Assembly: GCA_025449535.1 (NCBI GenBank) | Contig: JANWJF010000001.1 | Coordinates: forward strand, 485,136-549,135 | Direction: 5' to 3' | From: Candidatus Saccharimonadia bacterium | GTDB lineage: Bacteria; Patescibacteriota; SICC01 | Length of the DNA stretch: 64,000 nucleotides | Shown: in pieces, positions 36,634 through 46,820 of the stretch | Position numbering within the stretch: the first letter of the stretch is position 1 | Layout of the letters: every line of letters begins with the position of its first letter | Translations under genes and position numbers: made by a program | Notes under the pieces: generated by a model | What the model was told of the DNA's origin: nothing | Database searches by the model: none | The model's input: the letters and a program-made list of their open reading frames with translations, nothing else

Positions 36634-37113
36634 ATGGATTCCGAACGCCTGATAGGACTTTTAAGGGAACACGCCGAAGCGTCCCGGGAGAAGGGGGCGC
36701 TTCCCGGTGAACGCACGCTCGAGGACTTCCCGGTCGGCGCCAACGTGGTCGTCTACACCCTGGCCTGGGACCAGCACGAACTGCGTCGCGGCACGGTAGC
36801 CGAACATTCCGAGTACGGGTTCGTAGTGGTTGAGCTCGAGACGAAGCAACGTGGAAGGCTTGGCGTGCCGTCGTCGACGCGCTTCTCTCCGGAGTCTCCC
36901 GGTTTGTTGCGCATCTCCGACGTGCAGCGGCTGCGCCATGCGCCCGAACGTGCCCGGCGTTGGAGCGAGGACGGTGGTGTCTATAACGCCCGCGAACGGC
37001 CGCGGCTGGTGAGCAAACTTCTTGGGTACACGGGCTACGAGGGCCGTCCCCGGGGCTCGTCCGTGAATCCGCCCTCCCGTCGGTCGAGAAAGGGCTTTAA
37101 CCGCGTCCGGTAA
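36634..37113 (+). CDS. hypothetical protein, paralog B of a tandem pair
   Basis: See paralog A. Confidence 0.5.
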   Translation: MDSERLIGLLREHAEASREKGALPGERTLEDFPVGANVVVYTLAWDQHELRRGTVAEHSEYGFVVVELETKQRGRLGVPSSTRFSPESPGLLRISDVQRLRHAPERARRWSEDGGVYNARERPRLVSKLLGYTGYEGRPRGSSVNPPSRRSRKGFNRVR

Positions 37114-37154
37114 GCGTCTTTGCGTCGGCTTTCAGCTACTATTAGTAGTATCTG

Positions 37155-39248
37155 ATGGCCAAACGACGCACCAAACGAACACGAGCCCGTACGCGCAAGA
37201 GCCCGGCCCGGCGCCGCACCCGGCGGTCGGAACCGGAGCCGCGCGAGCCGCTGGTCCACCCGGACACCGCCCGGCAGATCCTGGCGATCGCCTTGCTGGC
37301 CGGGGGGTTGGTGCTCGCCTTGGCGTTAGTGGGCGTCGGCGGTCCGGCCGGTTCGGCCGTGGCACTCTGGGCGAAGCAGGCCGTCGGGGCCGTCGCCTGG
37401 GTGCTGCCGCCGGCCGCCGTCTACGCCGGCTGGCGCCTGTACCGCCGCGAGGAGCTGCCCCGGCATCTCGTAGTAGGGTTCTTGATCACGGCTGCGGCGG
37501 TCACCGCCCTGCTGCACCTGCTGGTGAAGGTCGACGAGCTCCCGGCTGCCACGGACGGTACGTTCGGCGGTCTCCTCGGGTACGCCTTGTCGGCTTCATT
37601 CACGTACGCGGTGGGCGGTATCGTCAGCCTGATCGTCTTCCTGGCGCTCCTGGCCGTCGGCGTCCTGGTGATGACCAACCGCTCCAAGGCGGGTGCCGGG
37701 CCGACCGTCGAGCAGACCCCGCCGCCGAAGCGCAGCGACCCGGTCCCGCCGACCGCTCCGCCGGCCCCGAAGGAACGCCCGGCACAGCCGGTCGCCGCCC
37801 CGACCGAGTTCACGCCGCGGGTGGTCGACAAGGCCTGGGAGCAGCCGCCGATCTCGTTGCTGTCGGACGACACCTCCGAGGCGGACGCCGGCGACACCAA
37901 GCACATGGCGGCGATCATCGAGCAGACGTTGGCGAACTTCAACGTCGAGGCCAAGGTGGACCACGTGCACGTCGGTCCGACGGTGACCCAGTTCGAGCTG
38001 CGCCCGGCACCCGGCGTGAAGGTCACCGAGATCACCCAGCGGTCGAATGACCTGGCGCTGGCCCTGGCCGCGCACCCGATCCGGATCCAGGCGCCGATCC
38101 CCGGCAAGGCCTCCGTCGGTATCGAAGTGCCGAATCAGAAGGCCGCCACGGTCCGGCTCCGGCAGATGTTCGAGACCAAGGCGTTCAAAGACGGCGGCGC
38201 GTTGCCGCTGGCGCTCGGCCTCGACGTCTCCGGCCAGCCGGTGGTTACCGACCTCTCGACGATGCCGCACCTCTTGATCGCCGGACAGACCGGCTCCGGC
38301 AAGTCCGTGGCGATCAACGCGATCCTGATGAGCCTGCTCTTCACCCACTCGCCTCGGCACCTCCGGTTGCTGATGGTCGACCCCAAGCGCGTCGAGCTCA
38401 CCAACTACAACGACATCCCGCACCTCCTGGCGCCGGTGATCGTCGAGTCGCCGAAGGTGGTCAACGCGCTGAAGTGGGTGGTCTCCGAGATGGAACGGCG
38501 CTACCAGGTGTTCCAGGAGGCCGGCGCCCGGAACCTCATCGAGTACAACAAGGGCGCCAGCCGAAGCGGAGCGAAGGCGTCTGACGCCAAGGACGAGATG
38601 CCATACTTAGTGATCGTCGTCGATGAGCTGGCCGACCTGATGCAGGTGGCCGGCAAGGCGGTGGAAGGCACGATCACCCGGATCGCCCAATTGGCCCGGG
38701 CGACCGGCATCCACCTGATCATCGCCACCCAGCGGCCGAGCACGAACGTGATCACCGGCGTGATCAAGGCGAACTTCCCGAGCCGGATCGCCTTCGCGGT
38801 CAGTTCTAACACCGACTCGCGGGTGATCCTCGATTCCGGCGGCGCGGACAAGCTGCTCGGCAAGGGCGACTCGCTGTTCATCACCGCCAGCACGCCGCAG
38901 CCGATCCGAGTGCAGGGTGCCTACGTGGAGACGCGCGAAGCCAACGCCCTGACCGACTTCTTGAAGGGCAAGGGCGAGCCGGTCTATGAGGAGTCGGTGA
39001 CCGAGTCACAACCGGGCGGTCCCGGCGCCAGTGGCGAGGGAGACGGCGGCGGGGACGATCCGATGTACGAGGAGGCCAAGGCCGAGGTGATCCGCGCCAA
39101 GAAGGCCTCGACTTCATACCTGCAGCGCCGGCTGCGGATCGGCTACGGCCGAGCCGCGCGCCTGATCGACACGCTCGAGGAGAACGGCGTGATCGGTCCG
39201 GGCGAAGGCGCCAAGCCGCGCGAAGTCCTGATCGACCCGGAGGAATAG
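37155..39248 (+). CDS. ftsK: DNA translocase FtsK/SpoIIIE
   Basis: Walker A GQTGSGKS; N-terminal TMs, Pro-rich linker, C-terminal gamma domain. Confidence 0.9.
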   Translation: MAKRRTKRTRARTRKSPARRRTRRSEPEPREPLVHPDTARQILAIALLAGGLVLALALVGVGGPAGSAVALWAKQAVGAVAWVLPPAAVYAGWRLYRREELPRHLVVGFLITAAAVTALLHLLVKVDELPAATDGTFGGLLGYALSASFTYAVGGIVSLIVFLALLAVGVLVMTNRSKAGAGPTVEQTPPPKRSDPVPPTAPPAPKERPAQPVAAPTEFTPRVVDKAWEQPPISLLSDDTSEADAGDTKHMAAIIEQTLANFNVEAKVDHVHVGPTVTQFELRPAPGVKVTEITQRSNDLALALAAHPIRIQAPIPGKASVGIEVPNQKAATVRLRQMFETKAFKDGGALPLALGLDVSGQPVVTDLSTMPHLLIAGQTGSGKSVAINAILMSLLFTHSPRHLRLLMVDPKRVELTNYNDIPHLLAPVIVESPKVVNALKWVVSEMERRYQVFQEAGARNLIEYNKGASRSGAKASDAKDEMPYLVIVVDELADLMQVAGKAVEGTITRIAQLARATGIHLIIATQRPSTNVITGVIKANFPSRIAFAVSSNTDSRVILDSGGADKLLGKGDSLFITASTPQPIRVQGAYVETREANALTDFLKGKGEPVYEESVTESQPGGPGASGEGDGGGDDPMYEEAKAEVIRAKKASTSYLQRRLRIGYGRAARLIDTLEENGVIGPGEGAKPREVLIDPEE

Positions 39249-39249
39249 C

Positions 39250-39729
39250 ATGGCGATGCGCGAACCGTCGTCCATCTGGCGCCGCCTGCTGCTCCTGGTA
39301 ATGGCGGTGTCGCTGCTGGCCATCGCGATAGACGTCGTCTCGGACGGCTGGGGGTTCTACGACAAGCGGGTGAACGCCGCCAAGGAGCTTGCCAGGATCG
39401 TCTCGGTACCCCAACTCAAGCTGGTGCCGCCCCACGTGGATAAGATCTCCGAGAAGCGTGACGTCGGCGAACAGTGTTTCATCCGGGTCTGCACCGAGAG
39501 CCCCGTCAGCGTCCGGCAGGACTTCCTATTCCCCGGCTCGAAGTCGGAGATCATCGGGTTCTACGACCGGGCGTTCGTCGGGCATGGCTGGGACTGGTCC
39601 AAGGGTCCGAAGAGCGCTACGTATACGCACGGGACGTCCGAGCAGGACTGCGTGTCGGCGACCCTGACCTTCGAGCAGGAGACCATCTATCGCCTGACCT
39701 ACACGCCGGACTGCGGCTGGCGGCGGTAA
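39250..39729 (+). CDS. hypothetical secreted/membrane-anchored protein
   Basis: N-terminal hydrophobic segment; ORF track. Confidence 0.4.
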   Translation: MAMREPSSIWRRLLLLVMAVSLLAIAIDVVSDGWGFYDKRVNAAKELARIVSVPQLKLVPPHVDKISEKRDVGEQCFIRVCTESPVSVRQDFLFPGSKSEIIGFYDRAFVGHGWDWSKGPKSATYTHGTSEQDCVSATLTFEQETIYRLTYTPDCGWRR

Positions 39730-39830
39730 GCCACGGCACTCTGATACAATCAACCGTTAGCCGGTTCCGGCTAGCGAACTTCGCCTCGAACCTTCGACAG
39801 ACCCGCGTAATCCTGACGAAAGGAGCGTCC

Positions 39831-40067
39831 ATGCGGACGACGACGTATGTACTCGGTTCCATCGTGGTCTTCATCGCGATGATCGCGGTACCGTTGTATG
39901 GCATGGCCGCTCTTTCCGAGGTCACTGGTGGCCATGTCGAGTGGGTGATTTACACCAGGGTCGTCTTGGCCCTGTTGCCAGTACAAATCCTGACGGGCGG
40001 TTGGTTCGGCTGCATCCTGGACTTCTTCTACAAGCAAGCAAACCGGGAAAGGCAGGTATCGCGATGA
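39831..40067 (+). CDS. small membrane protein (78 aa)
   Basis: AAGGAG RBS 6 nt upstream of ATG; 2 TM. Confidence 0.4.
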   Translation: MRTTTYVLGSIVVFIAMIAVPLYGMAALSEVTGGHVEWVIYTRVVLALLPVQILTGGWFGCILDFFYKQANRERQVSR

Positions 40068-40288
40068 GGCTGGTCCTCCGTGTGTGTGTCGCGTGGTCGG
40101 CCGTCGTGGTGGGATCGGCGTTCCCGGCACTTCTGGCGGAGGTCGCCGGCAAGGACGTCGATTACGTTGCGCTAGGTCTCCACTACGTCGACCGGCTTCC
40201 CTTGCTCGTAGCGCTTTACGTCGTCTTGGCGGTGATAGTCCCTTGGGGCGACCACCTTACGAGACAAGACGCGCTCAGCTCCCCATGA
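40064..40288 (+). CDS. small membrane protein (74 aa), ATGA-coupled to previous
   Basis: Overlapping stop/start; hydrophobic. Confidence 0.35.
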   Translation: MRLVLRVCVAWSAVVVGSAFPALLAEVAGKDVDYVALGLHYVDRLPLLVALYVVLAVIVPWGDHLTRQDALSSP

Positions 40289-40443
40289 TTCGGGTCGCGC
40301 CCGGAAAAGGTCCTTGCGATTCACTTCGCAGCCGACCTTTTCCGGGCGCTTCCTCTTTTTCGTCAAGAAATCTTTTTGAACCTTTTTTAGAAGCCGCGCC
40401 GACCCCGCCGGACGGACTATCCGCATGCGCTACACTGGACATC

Positions 40444-41439
40444 GTGATCCAATTCAAGAGACGCCAGCTGAAAAGCGACAAGCCGCTGTCTGAGCAACTC
40501 AAGGAAGTGCGCCGGACGGCCAAGCTCACGTTCGAGCAGATCGCGATCGAGACGAAGATCCCGAAGAAGTACCTCCGGGCGCTCGAGCAAGGCAAATACG
40601 AGGAGCTGCCGGCGGAAGTCTACGTCCGCGGGTTCCTCGAGAACTACGCCTCGTACCTCGGCTTCCCGCAGGACGAGGTGTTGACCCAGTACCGCCGCGA
40701 GCGCGGGGTTTCCGGGCGCAAGGCACCCTCGCTGGATCTCCCGAAGCGGTCGGTTGAGCAGCCGAAGCTGACGATCACGCCGCGGACGCTCGGCTTGGTG
40801 ACGGCCTCCGTGCTCCTGCTGACCGTCGTCGGCTACCTGATCACGCAGATCACCGGCTTCGCCTCGCCGCCGGACCTCGAGATCACCGGTCCGGTCGCGG
40901 ACGCACGCGTCGCCGACGACCGGGTGACGGTATCCGGCAAGACGGAGTCGGACGCGCAGGTCTTCATCAACAACCAGCCGATCCCCACCGACACGGACGG
41001 CAGCTTCAAGGAGACGGTGACGCTGCCGGCCGGCACCAACTCGCTGCGTATCGTGGCGCGCGACCAGAACGGCCGCGAGCGGATCGAGATCCGTTCGGTG
41101 GTGGTGACGCCGGGCGGGCCGCAGAGCCCGCAACCCAAGGGGACCACGGCATCCGGCGCGCTGTTCGTCGTGAAGGTCGGCCCGAACAGTGCCTTCGTGG
41201 AGATCAACACGGACGGCAAGACCGCGTTCGACGGACTGATGGCGCCGGGGAGTACCCAGACCTTCACCGCCAAAGATCGTGTGCTGGTCACGACCTCGAA
41301 CGGCGGCAGTACGACGGTCACCGTCAACGGCAAGGGCCAAGGCACACTGGGCAGCGAAGGGCAGTTCCGGGAAGGCGTGCAGTTCCTGGTGAAGGACTTC
41401 GTACAGTCGACGCCGAGCCCGAGTCCGCGACCGGAATAA
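40444..41439 (+). CDS. RodZ-like cytoskeleton protein (XRE HTH, TM, C-terminal DUF4115-like beta domain)
   Basis: HTH LTFEQIAIETKIPKKYLRALEQG; TM; C-terminal Ig-like domain; GTG start inferred. Confidence 0.6.
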   Translation: MIQFKRRQLKSDKPLSEQLKEVRRTAKLTFEQIAIETKIPKKYLRALEQGKYEELPAEVYVRGFLENYASYLGFPQDEVLTQYRRERGVSGRKAPSLDLPKRSVEQPKLTITPRTLGLVTASVLLLTVVGYLITQITGFASPPDLEITGPVADARVADDRVTVSGKTESDAQVFINNQPIPTDTDGSFKETVTLPAGTNSLRIVARDQNGRERIEIRSVVVTPGGPQSPQPKGTTASGALFVVKVGPNSAFVEINTDGKTAFDGLMAPGSTQTFTAKDRVLVTTSNGGSTTVTVNGKGQGTLGSEGQFREGVQFLVKDFVQSTPSPSPRPE

Positions 41440-41461
41440 CCGCCGGTGGTATGGTGATGAC

Positions 41462-42019
41462 ATGAGGCTCGGGAGGCGTCAGCCTGAGGGGGAAGCGGTA
41501 CCGCAGCACGAACGGCTTTGGAAGCCTTCGGAAGGGCTGTCCATCGTGGACGGGGACACGCGCGACGAGCTGGTCGCGCAGTTCAACGGGATGACGAACC
41601 GGGATACTAACCCGAGTCGGGATTACCGCGACGGTGTTCTTTATCTTGGCGAATCGAGGATAGAGTATGCCCGGTCAGCCGATCTACTTACAGGCCTGGC
41701 AGACGATGATTTTGGTGTATTCCAGATCGATGCCTTAGGGCCGTATGCACCCGAAACGGTCCGAAACATGCGGTTTTACATCTGCTCCGAGGCTCTTGCT
41801 GAAGCAGGAAAGGAGGACTGGGCTTGTCTGCTTGAAGGTAGTCACCTACTCCCGGGCGACGTTGCTCTCCCGCTGCCTGGCAAGTCGTTCGACCCGAAGC
41901 CGATTCTGCCCGATGCAGTGGAGTTTGCTCTGAAGGAAATGCGCTGGCACGAAGAGCTGCGGAAAGCCGTAAAAGAACGACGTCGACCTACCTTTCCGAG
42001 ACCTCGTTTGGCCGTCTAA
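41462..42019 (+). CDS. hypothetical protein
   Basis: ORF track; no motif recognised. Confidence 0.45.
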   Translation: MRLGRRQPEGEAVPQHERLWKPSEGLSIVDGDTRDELVAQFNGMTNRDTNPSRDYRDGVLYLGESRIEYARSADLLTGLADDDFGVFQIDALGPYAPETVRNMRFYICSEALAEAGKEDWACLLEGSHLLPGDVALPLPGKSFDPKPILPDAVEFALKEMRWHEELRKAVKERRRPTFPRPRLAV

Positions 42020-42029
42020 TAAGCTAAAG

Positions 42030-42057
42030 TTGACATAGGTATACATTAGTATACTAT
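42030..42057 (+). promoter_or_regulatory. putative recA promoter (TTGACA -35; TATACT/TACTAT -10) containing GTATAC-N4-GTATAC palindrome
   Basis: AT-rich region about 130 bp upstream of recA start. Confidence 0.4.
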
Positions 42058-42181
42058 CTATTCGTGTCCGGTTAGATCGCGTTTCGACGACAGGTATCCA
42101 CTAGTCATCCACTTGAAACAGCAAGCGACCATAAGGTAGCCTGAAAAGACCGACAAATAATAAATTACGAAGGAAGGTATC

Positions 42182-43297
42182 ATGACACCAGTGGCAGAGA
42201 ATCCCGCCAAGACGACCAAGGAACCGACGGCCAAGCAGGCCCCGGCCAAGACGGCGAAGGAACCGAAGGACGACAAGCCCGTCGGCCAGTTCGTGGTGAG
42301 CGACAAGGTCCGCAAGGAGAAGACCGAGGCGGTCGACATGGCGCTGGCCCAGATCGAGAAGCAGTTCGGCAAGGGCGCGATCATGAAGTTCGACGCCGAC
42401 AGCAAGATGAACGTGGAGTCGGTCTCTACCGGTTCGCTCTCGCTGGACTTGGCGCTCGGCGTCGGCGGCATCCCGAAGGGCCGGATCATCGAGGTCTACG
42501 GTCCGGAATCCAGCGGCAAGACCACGCTGGCCAGCCATATGATCGCCCAGATACAAAAGGAGGGCGGCACCGCCGCGTTCATCGACGCGGAACACGCGTT
42601 CGACCCGGAGTACGCCAAGAAGCTTGGCGTGGACGTCGATGAACTGCTGATCTCGCAGCCCGATGCCGGCGAACAGGCCCTCGACATCGCGGAGACGCTG
42701 ATCAAGAGCGGCGGCATCGACATGATCGTGGTCGATTCCGTGGCCGCGCTGACGCCGCGGGCGGAGATCGAAGGCGACATGGGCGATTCGCACATGGGTC
42801 TGCATGCCCGGCTGATGAGCCAGGCGCTCCGGAAGCTGACCGGGGCCATCTCCCGATCCAATACCACGGTCGTGTTCATCAACCAGATCCGGATGAAGAT
42901 CGGTGTGATGTTCGGCAGCCCCGAGACCGTCACCGGCGGTAACGCGCTGAAGTTCTACTCCTCCGTACGCCTGGACATCCGCCGGGTCGCTCAGCTCAAG
43001 GACGGCGAGACCGTCATCGGCAACCGGACCCGCGTGAAGATCGTGAAGAACAAGGTCGCGCCGCCGTTCCGGACCGCCGAGTTCGACATCATGTACGGCC
43101 AGGGCATCTCGTACGAGGGTGACGTGCTCGACCTTGGCGTGGAGCAGGAGATCGTCCAGAAGGCCGGCGCCTGGTACGAGTACGAAGGTGCCAAGCTCGG
43201 TCAGGGCCGCGAGGCCGCCAAGCAGTACCTCAAGGACAATCCGAAGGTCGTCCAGACGATCGAGCGGAAGGTCCGCGAGGCCGCGGTCGCCGACTGA
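42182..43297 (+). CDS. recA: recombinase RecA
   Basis: [11 protein letters not shown] Walker A and full-length RecA conservation. Confidence 0.97.
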   Translation: MTPVAENPAKTTKEPTAKQAPAKTAKEPKDDKPVGQFVVSDKVRKEKTEAVDMALAQIEKQFGKGAIMKFDADSKMNVESVSTGSLSLDLALGVGGIPKGRIIEVYGPESSGKTTLASHMIAQIQKEGGTAAFIDAEHAFDPEYAKKLGVDVDELLISQPDAGEQALDIAETLIKSGGIDMIVVDSVAALTPRAEIEGDMGDSHMGLHARLMSQALRKLTGAISRSNTTVVFINQIRMKIGVMFGSPETVTGGNALKFYSSVRLDIRRVAQLKDGETVIGNRTRVKIVKNKVAPPFRTAEFDIMYGQGISYEGDVLDLGVEQEIVQKAGAWYEYEGAKLGQGREAAKQYLKDNPKVVQTIERKVREAAVAD

Positions 43298-43300
43298 ACC

Positions 43301-43918
43301 ATGCAAATCACCAAGGTCGAGAAGCAGGAGAAACGGGATCGCTACAACGTCTACGCGGATGGGAAGTTCCTGACCGCCCTGGACGCCCTGGTGCTGGCCG
43401 ACTCGGACGTCCGCGAAGGCGAGATCATCACGAACTCGGAACTGGCGAAGCTGCTGCAGCGCGACCGGTTCGCGAAGGCGCTGACCAAGGCCTACTCCCT
43501 GCTGGCCCGGCGTCCGCACGCCTCGGCCGAGTTGGCCCGCAAGCTGCGGGAACGGCGCTACCCCAAGGAACTGATCGAGGAAGTCCTCGAACACCTTACC
43601 CGCCTCGGCTACATAGACGACGCGGCCTTCGCGCGGGAATGGGTCCGTCAGCGCGGGACGTCACGCGGCCCACGCGTGTTACGGGCGGAACTCCGCCAAC
43701 GCGGCGTGACTGACGAGGCCGCCGCCGCGGCGTTGGAGGACTTGGACGATCCGGCCGAAGCCATCCGGAGCCTTGCGGAAAAGCGACTGCAACGCTTCCG
43801 GAGCGAGACACCGGAAAAGGCCCGTGAGAAGACGATCGCGTTCCTGCAAAGGCGAGGGTACGCGTTCGGGGAGATCCGGACCGTGCTGGACGGGATGAGG
43901 CCTAGCGGGAGAACCTGA
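43301..43918 (+). CDS. recX: recombination regulator RecX
   Basis: Immediately after recA; three-helix repeat RecX pattern. Confidence 0.85.
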   Translation: MQITKVEKQEKRDRYNVYADGKFLTALDALVLADSDVREGEIITNSELAKLLQRDRFAKALTKAYSLLARRPHASAELARKLRERRYPKELIEEVLEHLTRLGYIDDAAFAREWVRQRGTSRGPRVLRAELRQRGVTDEAAAAALEDLDDPAEAIRSLAEKRLQRFRSETPEKAREKTIAFLQRRGYAFGEIRTVLDGMRPSGRT

Positions 43919-44396
43919 CGACGTCCCCGGGTTGGACCGAGTGTTGCCTAGCCCAGCCGGCGGACGTCTCGAGAACCTTGTCCACCGGACCCTCGGGCTG
44001 GTACTTCGGCAGCTGTGCGTCCGGCACGCCGGGTTTTGCTGACGGAACGTTCGACGTTACCTGGGTGACAGTATCGCCGGAAATCCAGACGATATCGATC
44101 GGAAACTCAACGCCCTTCATCCAGATAGTCGGCGTCGTGGGCTCTTCGTAGGCGAACAGAAGAGCACGGTCTTTCATAAGCGGCTCGGCGCCCATCAGCC
44201 CCTTCTCCAGTCTTCCTGGAGAGGTCGCGACATCGGCCCGTACCTTGGCTTGGTCAAGCCGTACGGTCACGGTCACATCGTCGTTGAACTCAGGCGGCTC
44301 GGTGAATTGCATGATGATCAGACCAAGGATTGCAGCCGCAATCAGTACGGCGACGGTAACGACTACCGGATTCCTAAAGAGGTTTTGTATTCGCAT
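43902..44396 (-). CDS. DUF192 domain protein
   Basis: EFPIDIVWI motif; N-terminal TM. Confidence 0.6.
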   Translation of the reverse strand: MRIQNLFRNPVVVTVAVLIAAAILGLIIMQFTEPPEFNDDVTVTVRLDQAKVRADVATSPGRLEKGLMGAEPLMKDRALLFAYEEPTTPTIWMKGVEFPIDIVWISGDTVTQVTSNVPSAKPGVPDAQLPKYQPEGPVDKVLETSAGWARQHSVQPGDVVRFSR

Positions 44397-44540
44397 GGTA
44401 TAGGCAAAAACATATCAATCGTATCATTTTGCGAGAATGCCCGGCTCAGGGTAGGCTGGTATGTGCACTTTCGTGCCTTAACTTTTCGTCGTCGCGGTCG
44501 TCGCGACATCCGTCAATCTCTACCAAGGGAGGCATCTCTC

Positions 44541-45524
44541 GTGAGTACCCAGGCAGTTTCAGAAGGACCCAAGAGGTCTTCCCTCGCAGTGAAAGTGGGA
44601 ACCACTATCGACGTGTGGGGGCCGTTCGTAGGGCTGATCGCAGCTCTCTACTTGCTGGTCACCTGGCAGGCGAATCCGCTCGAGCTGGGGTTCGACCTCT
44701 TGTTCACGGCCGTGTATTACGTGGCCACGGCGCTCGGGGTCACGGTCGGCTATCACCGGCTGCTGACCCACGAAAGCTTCGAGACCAAGCAATGGGTCAA
44801 AGACGTCTTGGTCGGCCTCGGCATCACGGGCCTGCAGGGCTCGCCGTTCATGTGGGCTGCGGACCATCGGTTGCATCACATGCATACCGACGAGGAGGGC
44901 GACCCGCACAGTCCCCATAAACCCCACGGAGGTTGGCGAGGTCTCTTCCACGCCCACATGGGGTGGCTGTTCGGTTTCTGGAAGAAGTCGCGGTCGGACC
45001 TGATCCCGGACCTCATCGCGGATTCCCACCTGAGGACGCTGAACGCCCTCTTCGTTCCCATCGCGCTGTTCTCGTGGATCGTGTTTCCGTTGCTTGTCGG
45101 CTTGGCAGTCAAGCAGTCGTTGATCGGAGGCGTACAGACCATGTTGTGGGCCGGTTTCGCCCGGGCGTTCCTCGTCCAGCACGTGACCTGGTCCATCAAC
45201 TCGATCTGCCACAAGTTCGGGGAGCGGCCATACGGCATCGACCCCCAGACCGGCATGAGCACCAACGTTCACTGGCGGGTGCTGCTGCTCCTCTCATTCG
45301 GGGAGACCCGTCACCACAACCATCATGCCTTCCCGAACTCCGCGATCCATGGATTTCGGTCGAAGGAGGAATTCCGTGGTGATCGAGCCGGCAGGTTCAT
45401 CCTGTGGCTGGAGAAGCACGGTCTGGCATCGAACATCGGGACCGTTACGCCGGAGGACGAAGTCAAGCGGCAGGAGGGAATCGAACGGCTGAAGCCTAGA
45501 ACACCCCAGCCCGCCGCCTCCTGA
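44541..45524 (+). CDS. acyl-lipid/acyl-CoA fatty acid desaturase (delta-9-type)
   Basis: His boxes HRLLTH, HRLHHMH, HNHHAF; RBS AAGGGAGG before GTG 44541. Confidence 0.8.
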   Translation: MSTQAVSEGPKRSSLAVKVGTTIDVWGPFVGLIAALYLLVTWQANPLELGFDLLFTAVYYVATALGVTVGYHRLLTHESFETKQWVKDVLVGLGITGLQGSPFMWAADHRLHHMHTDEEGDPHSPHKPHGGWRGLFHAHMGWLFGFWKKSRSDLIPDLIADSHLRTLNALFVPIALFSWIVFPLLVGLAVKQSLIGGVQTMLWAGFARAFLVQHVTWSINSICHKFGERPYGIDPQTGMSTNVHWRVLLLLSFGETRHHNHHAFPNSAIHGFRSKEEFRGDRAGRFILWLEKHGLASNIGTVTPEDEVKRQEGIERLKPRTPQPAAS

Positions 45525-45573
45525 CGGGAACCCCGCATCGCGATTGACGACGAACGGCATGAAGTACACGACT

Positions 45574-45608
45574 GGGCCCGGAAGGTCATTTACCAACCTT
45601 CCGGGCCC
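45574..45608. terminator. perfect 12-bp-stem hairpin between desaturase and tRNA-Val 3' ends
   Basis: gggcccggaagg / ccttccgggccc with 11-nt loop; no clear U-tract. Confidence 0.4.
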
Positions 45609-45620
45609 GGAGCATTTCTG

Positions 45621-45694
45621 TGGGCAATGCTGGACTCGAACCAGCGACCTCCGCGATGTGAACGCGGCGCTCTAGCCGACTGAGCTAATTGCCC
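45621..45694 (-). tRNA. tRNA-Val (CAC)
   Basis: Reverse complement gggcaat...attgccc acceptor, loop uuCACau, GGTTCGAGTCC. Confidence 0.85.
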
Positions 45695-45835
45695 TCGAGT
45701 AACAGGAATATCGTATCATCGGTCTTTTCGTGTGGCTTGGCCATGCTGCGCCGCGTCAGCGCGGCGGACGTCACGATGGCCGACTGGCTCATTACCCGTG
45801 CAACGCATTAATCGTATCACCGGCTCGAGTGCCGT

Positions 45836-46417
45836 TCAGCGCAGGAACGCGGCGTAGAACGTCTTGCCCGCCTCGGAGACGGTCAGCCGGATGGTACCGG
45901 CGTCCTGCCACCAGGAGCTTCGCGCCCAGCGGCTGTCGCTCGCCGGATAGATCCGGAACTCATAGCCTTTCCCGAACTCGCGCCGGAAGGTGACCGTGGT
46001 GCGCCGGGCGTGGTACGGCGAGGTCACCAGGATCGCCGACCGGATGTCCTGCGCCTCGAACACCGGCTTCAGGAAGCGCGCGTTCTCATTGGTGGTCCGG
46101 GACTGCTCCTCGACTATCGTCGCGGCCAGGGGGACTCCCTGCGAGATCGCCCGCTGCTGCATCACCTTGGCGTTGGAAGTGCCGCGGTCCGCGGCCGCTC
46201 CCGCGAAGACCAGCGTCCGGCCCCAGCCGTCCTTCCAGAGCCGGATGCCGGCGTCCGCGCGGGTGGCCGTCTCGCCGCCGGAGACCACCACGATCGCATC
46301 GGTCTTCTTCAGGTCGTCGCGCGGCGCGATGAACCAGCCGAGCCCGATTACCAGGAGGATGACCGCCGTCGCGAAGGCCAGCAACACGGTCACGGTCCGG
46401 CGCAGCCACCTACTCAT
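45836..46417 (-). CDS. YdcF/SanA family (DUF218) protein
   Basis: N-terminal TM; VVVSGG ... SPYHARR DUF218 motifs. Confidence 0.7.
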   Translation of the reverse strand: MSRWLRRTVTVLLAFATAVILLVIGLGWFIAPRDDLKKTDAIVVVSGGETATRADAGIRLWKDGWGRTLVFAGAAADRGTSNAKVMQQRAISQGVPLAATIVEEQSRTTNENARFLKPVFEAQDIRSAILVTSPYHARRTTVTFRREFGKGYEFRIYPASDSRWARSSWWQDAGTIRLTVSEAGKTFYAAFLR

Positions 46418-46820
46418 CGGCCCGGAACGTCCAGAACTTGTTGCCGATGAAATTCGACGCGACCACGGTCCCGTTGGCCAGCACTTGTGCCGGGAACTCG
46501 TGCATTCCGGTACGTTCGACCAATAGCCAGAGGACGATCAGGTTGACCGTCAGGCCCACCAGCTGGACCGTCGTGAACTTGGCGAGTTTCCCGATCCGAT
46601 GCTTGCCGGCCCGGAAGGTCCAGATCCGGTTCCAAGTGTAGCTATTGAGCGTGGCGATGCTGAACGAGGCGACGGCGGCCGTGAGGTAGTAGACGCCGAG
46701 TACCAGCAGCGCCCCGTACACCGCGAAATTGATAGCGGTCGTCAGTAACCCGACCAGCACGAACTTCACGAACTGGCGCGCGTGCTTGTCGCGTCTGATG
46801 GCGGCGATGGATACGTTCAT
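46410..46820 (-). CDS. GtrA family membrane protein
   Basis: FVKFVLVGLLTTAINFAVY ... FIGNKFWTF typical of GtrA. Confidence 0.7.
   Translation of the reverse strand: MNVSIAAIRRDKHARQFVKFVLVGLLTTAINFAVYGALLVLGVYYLTAAVASFSIATLNSYTWNRIWTFRAGKHRIGKLAKFTTVQLVGLTVNLIVLWLLVERTGMHEFPAQVLANGTVVASNFIGNKFWTFRADE

Noticed and set aside
44250-44540. Upstream 97 codons of the desaturase ORF
   Set aside because: Overlaps the convergent DUF192 gene. A strong AAGGGAGG RBS precedes the GTG at 44541.
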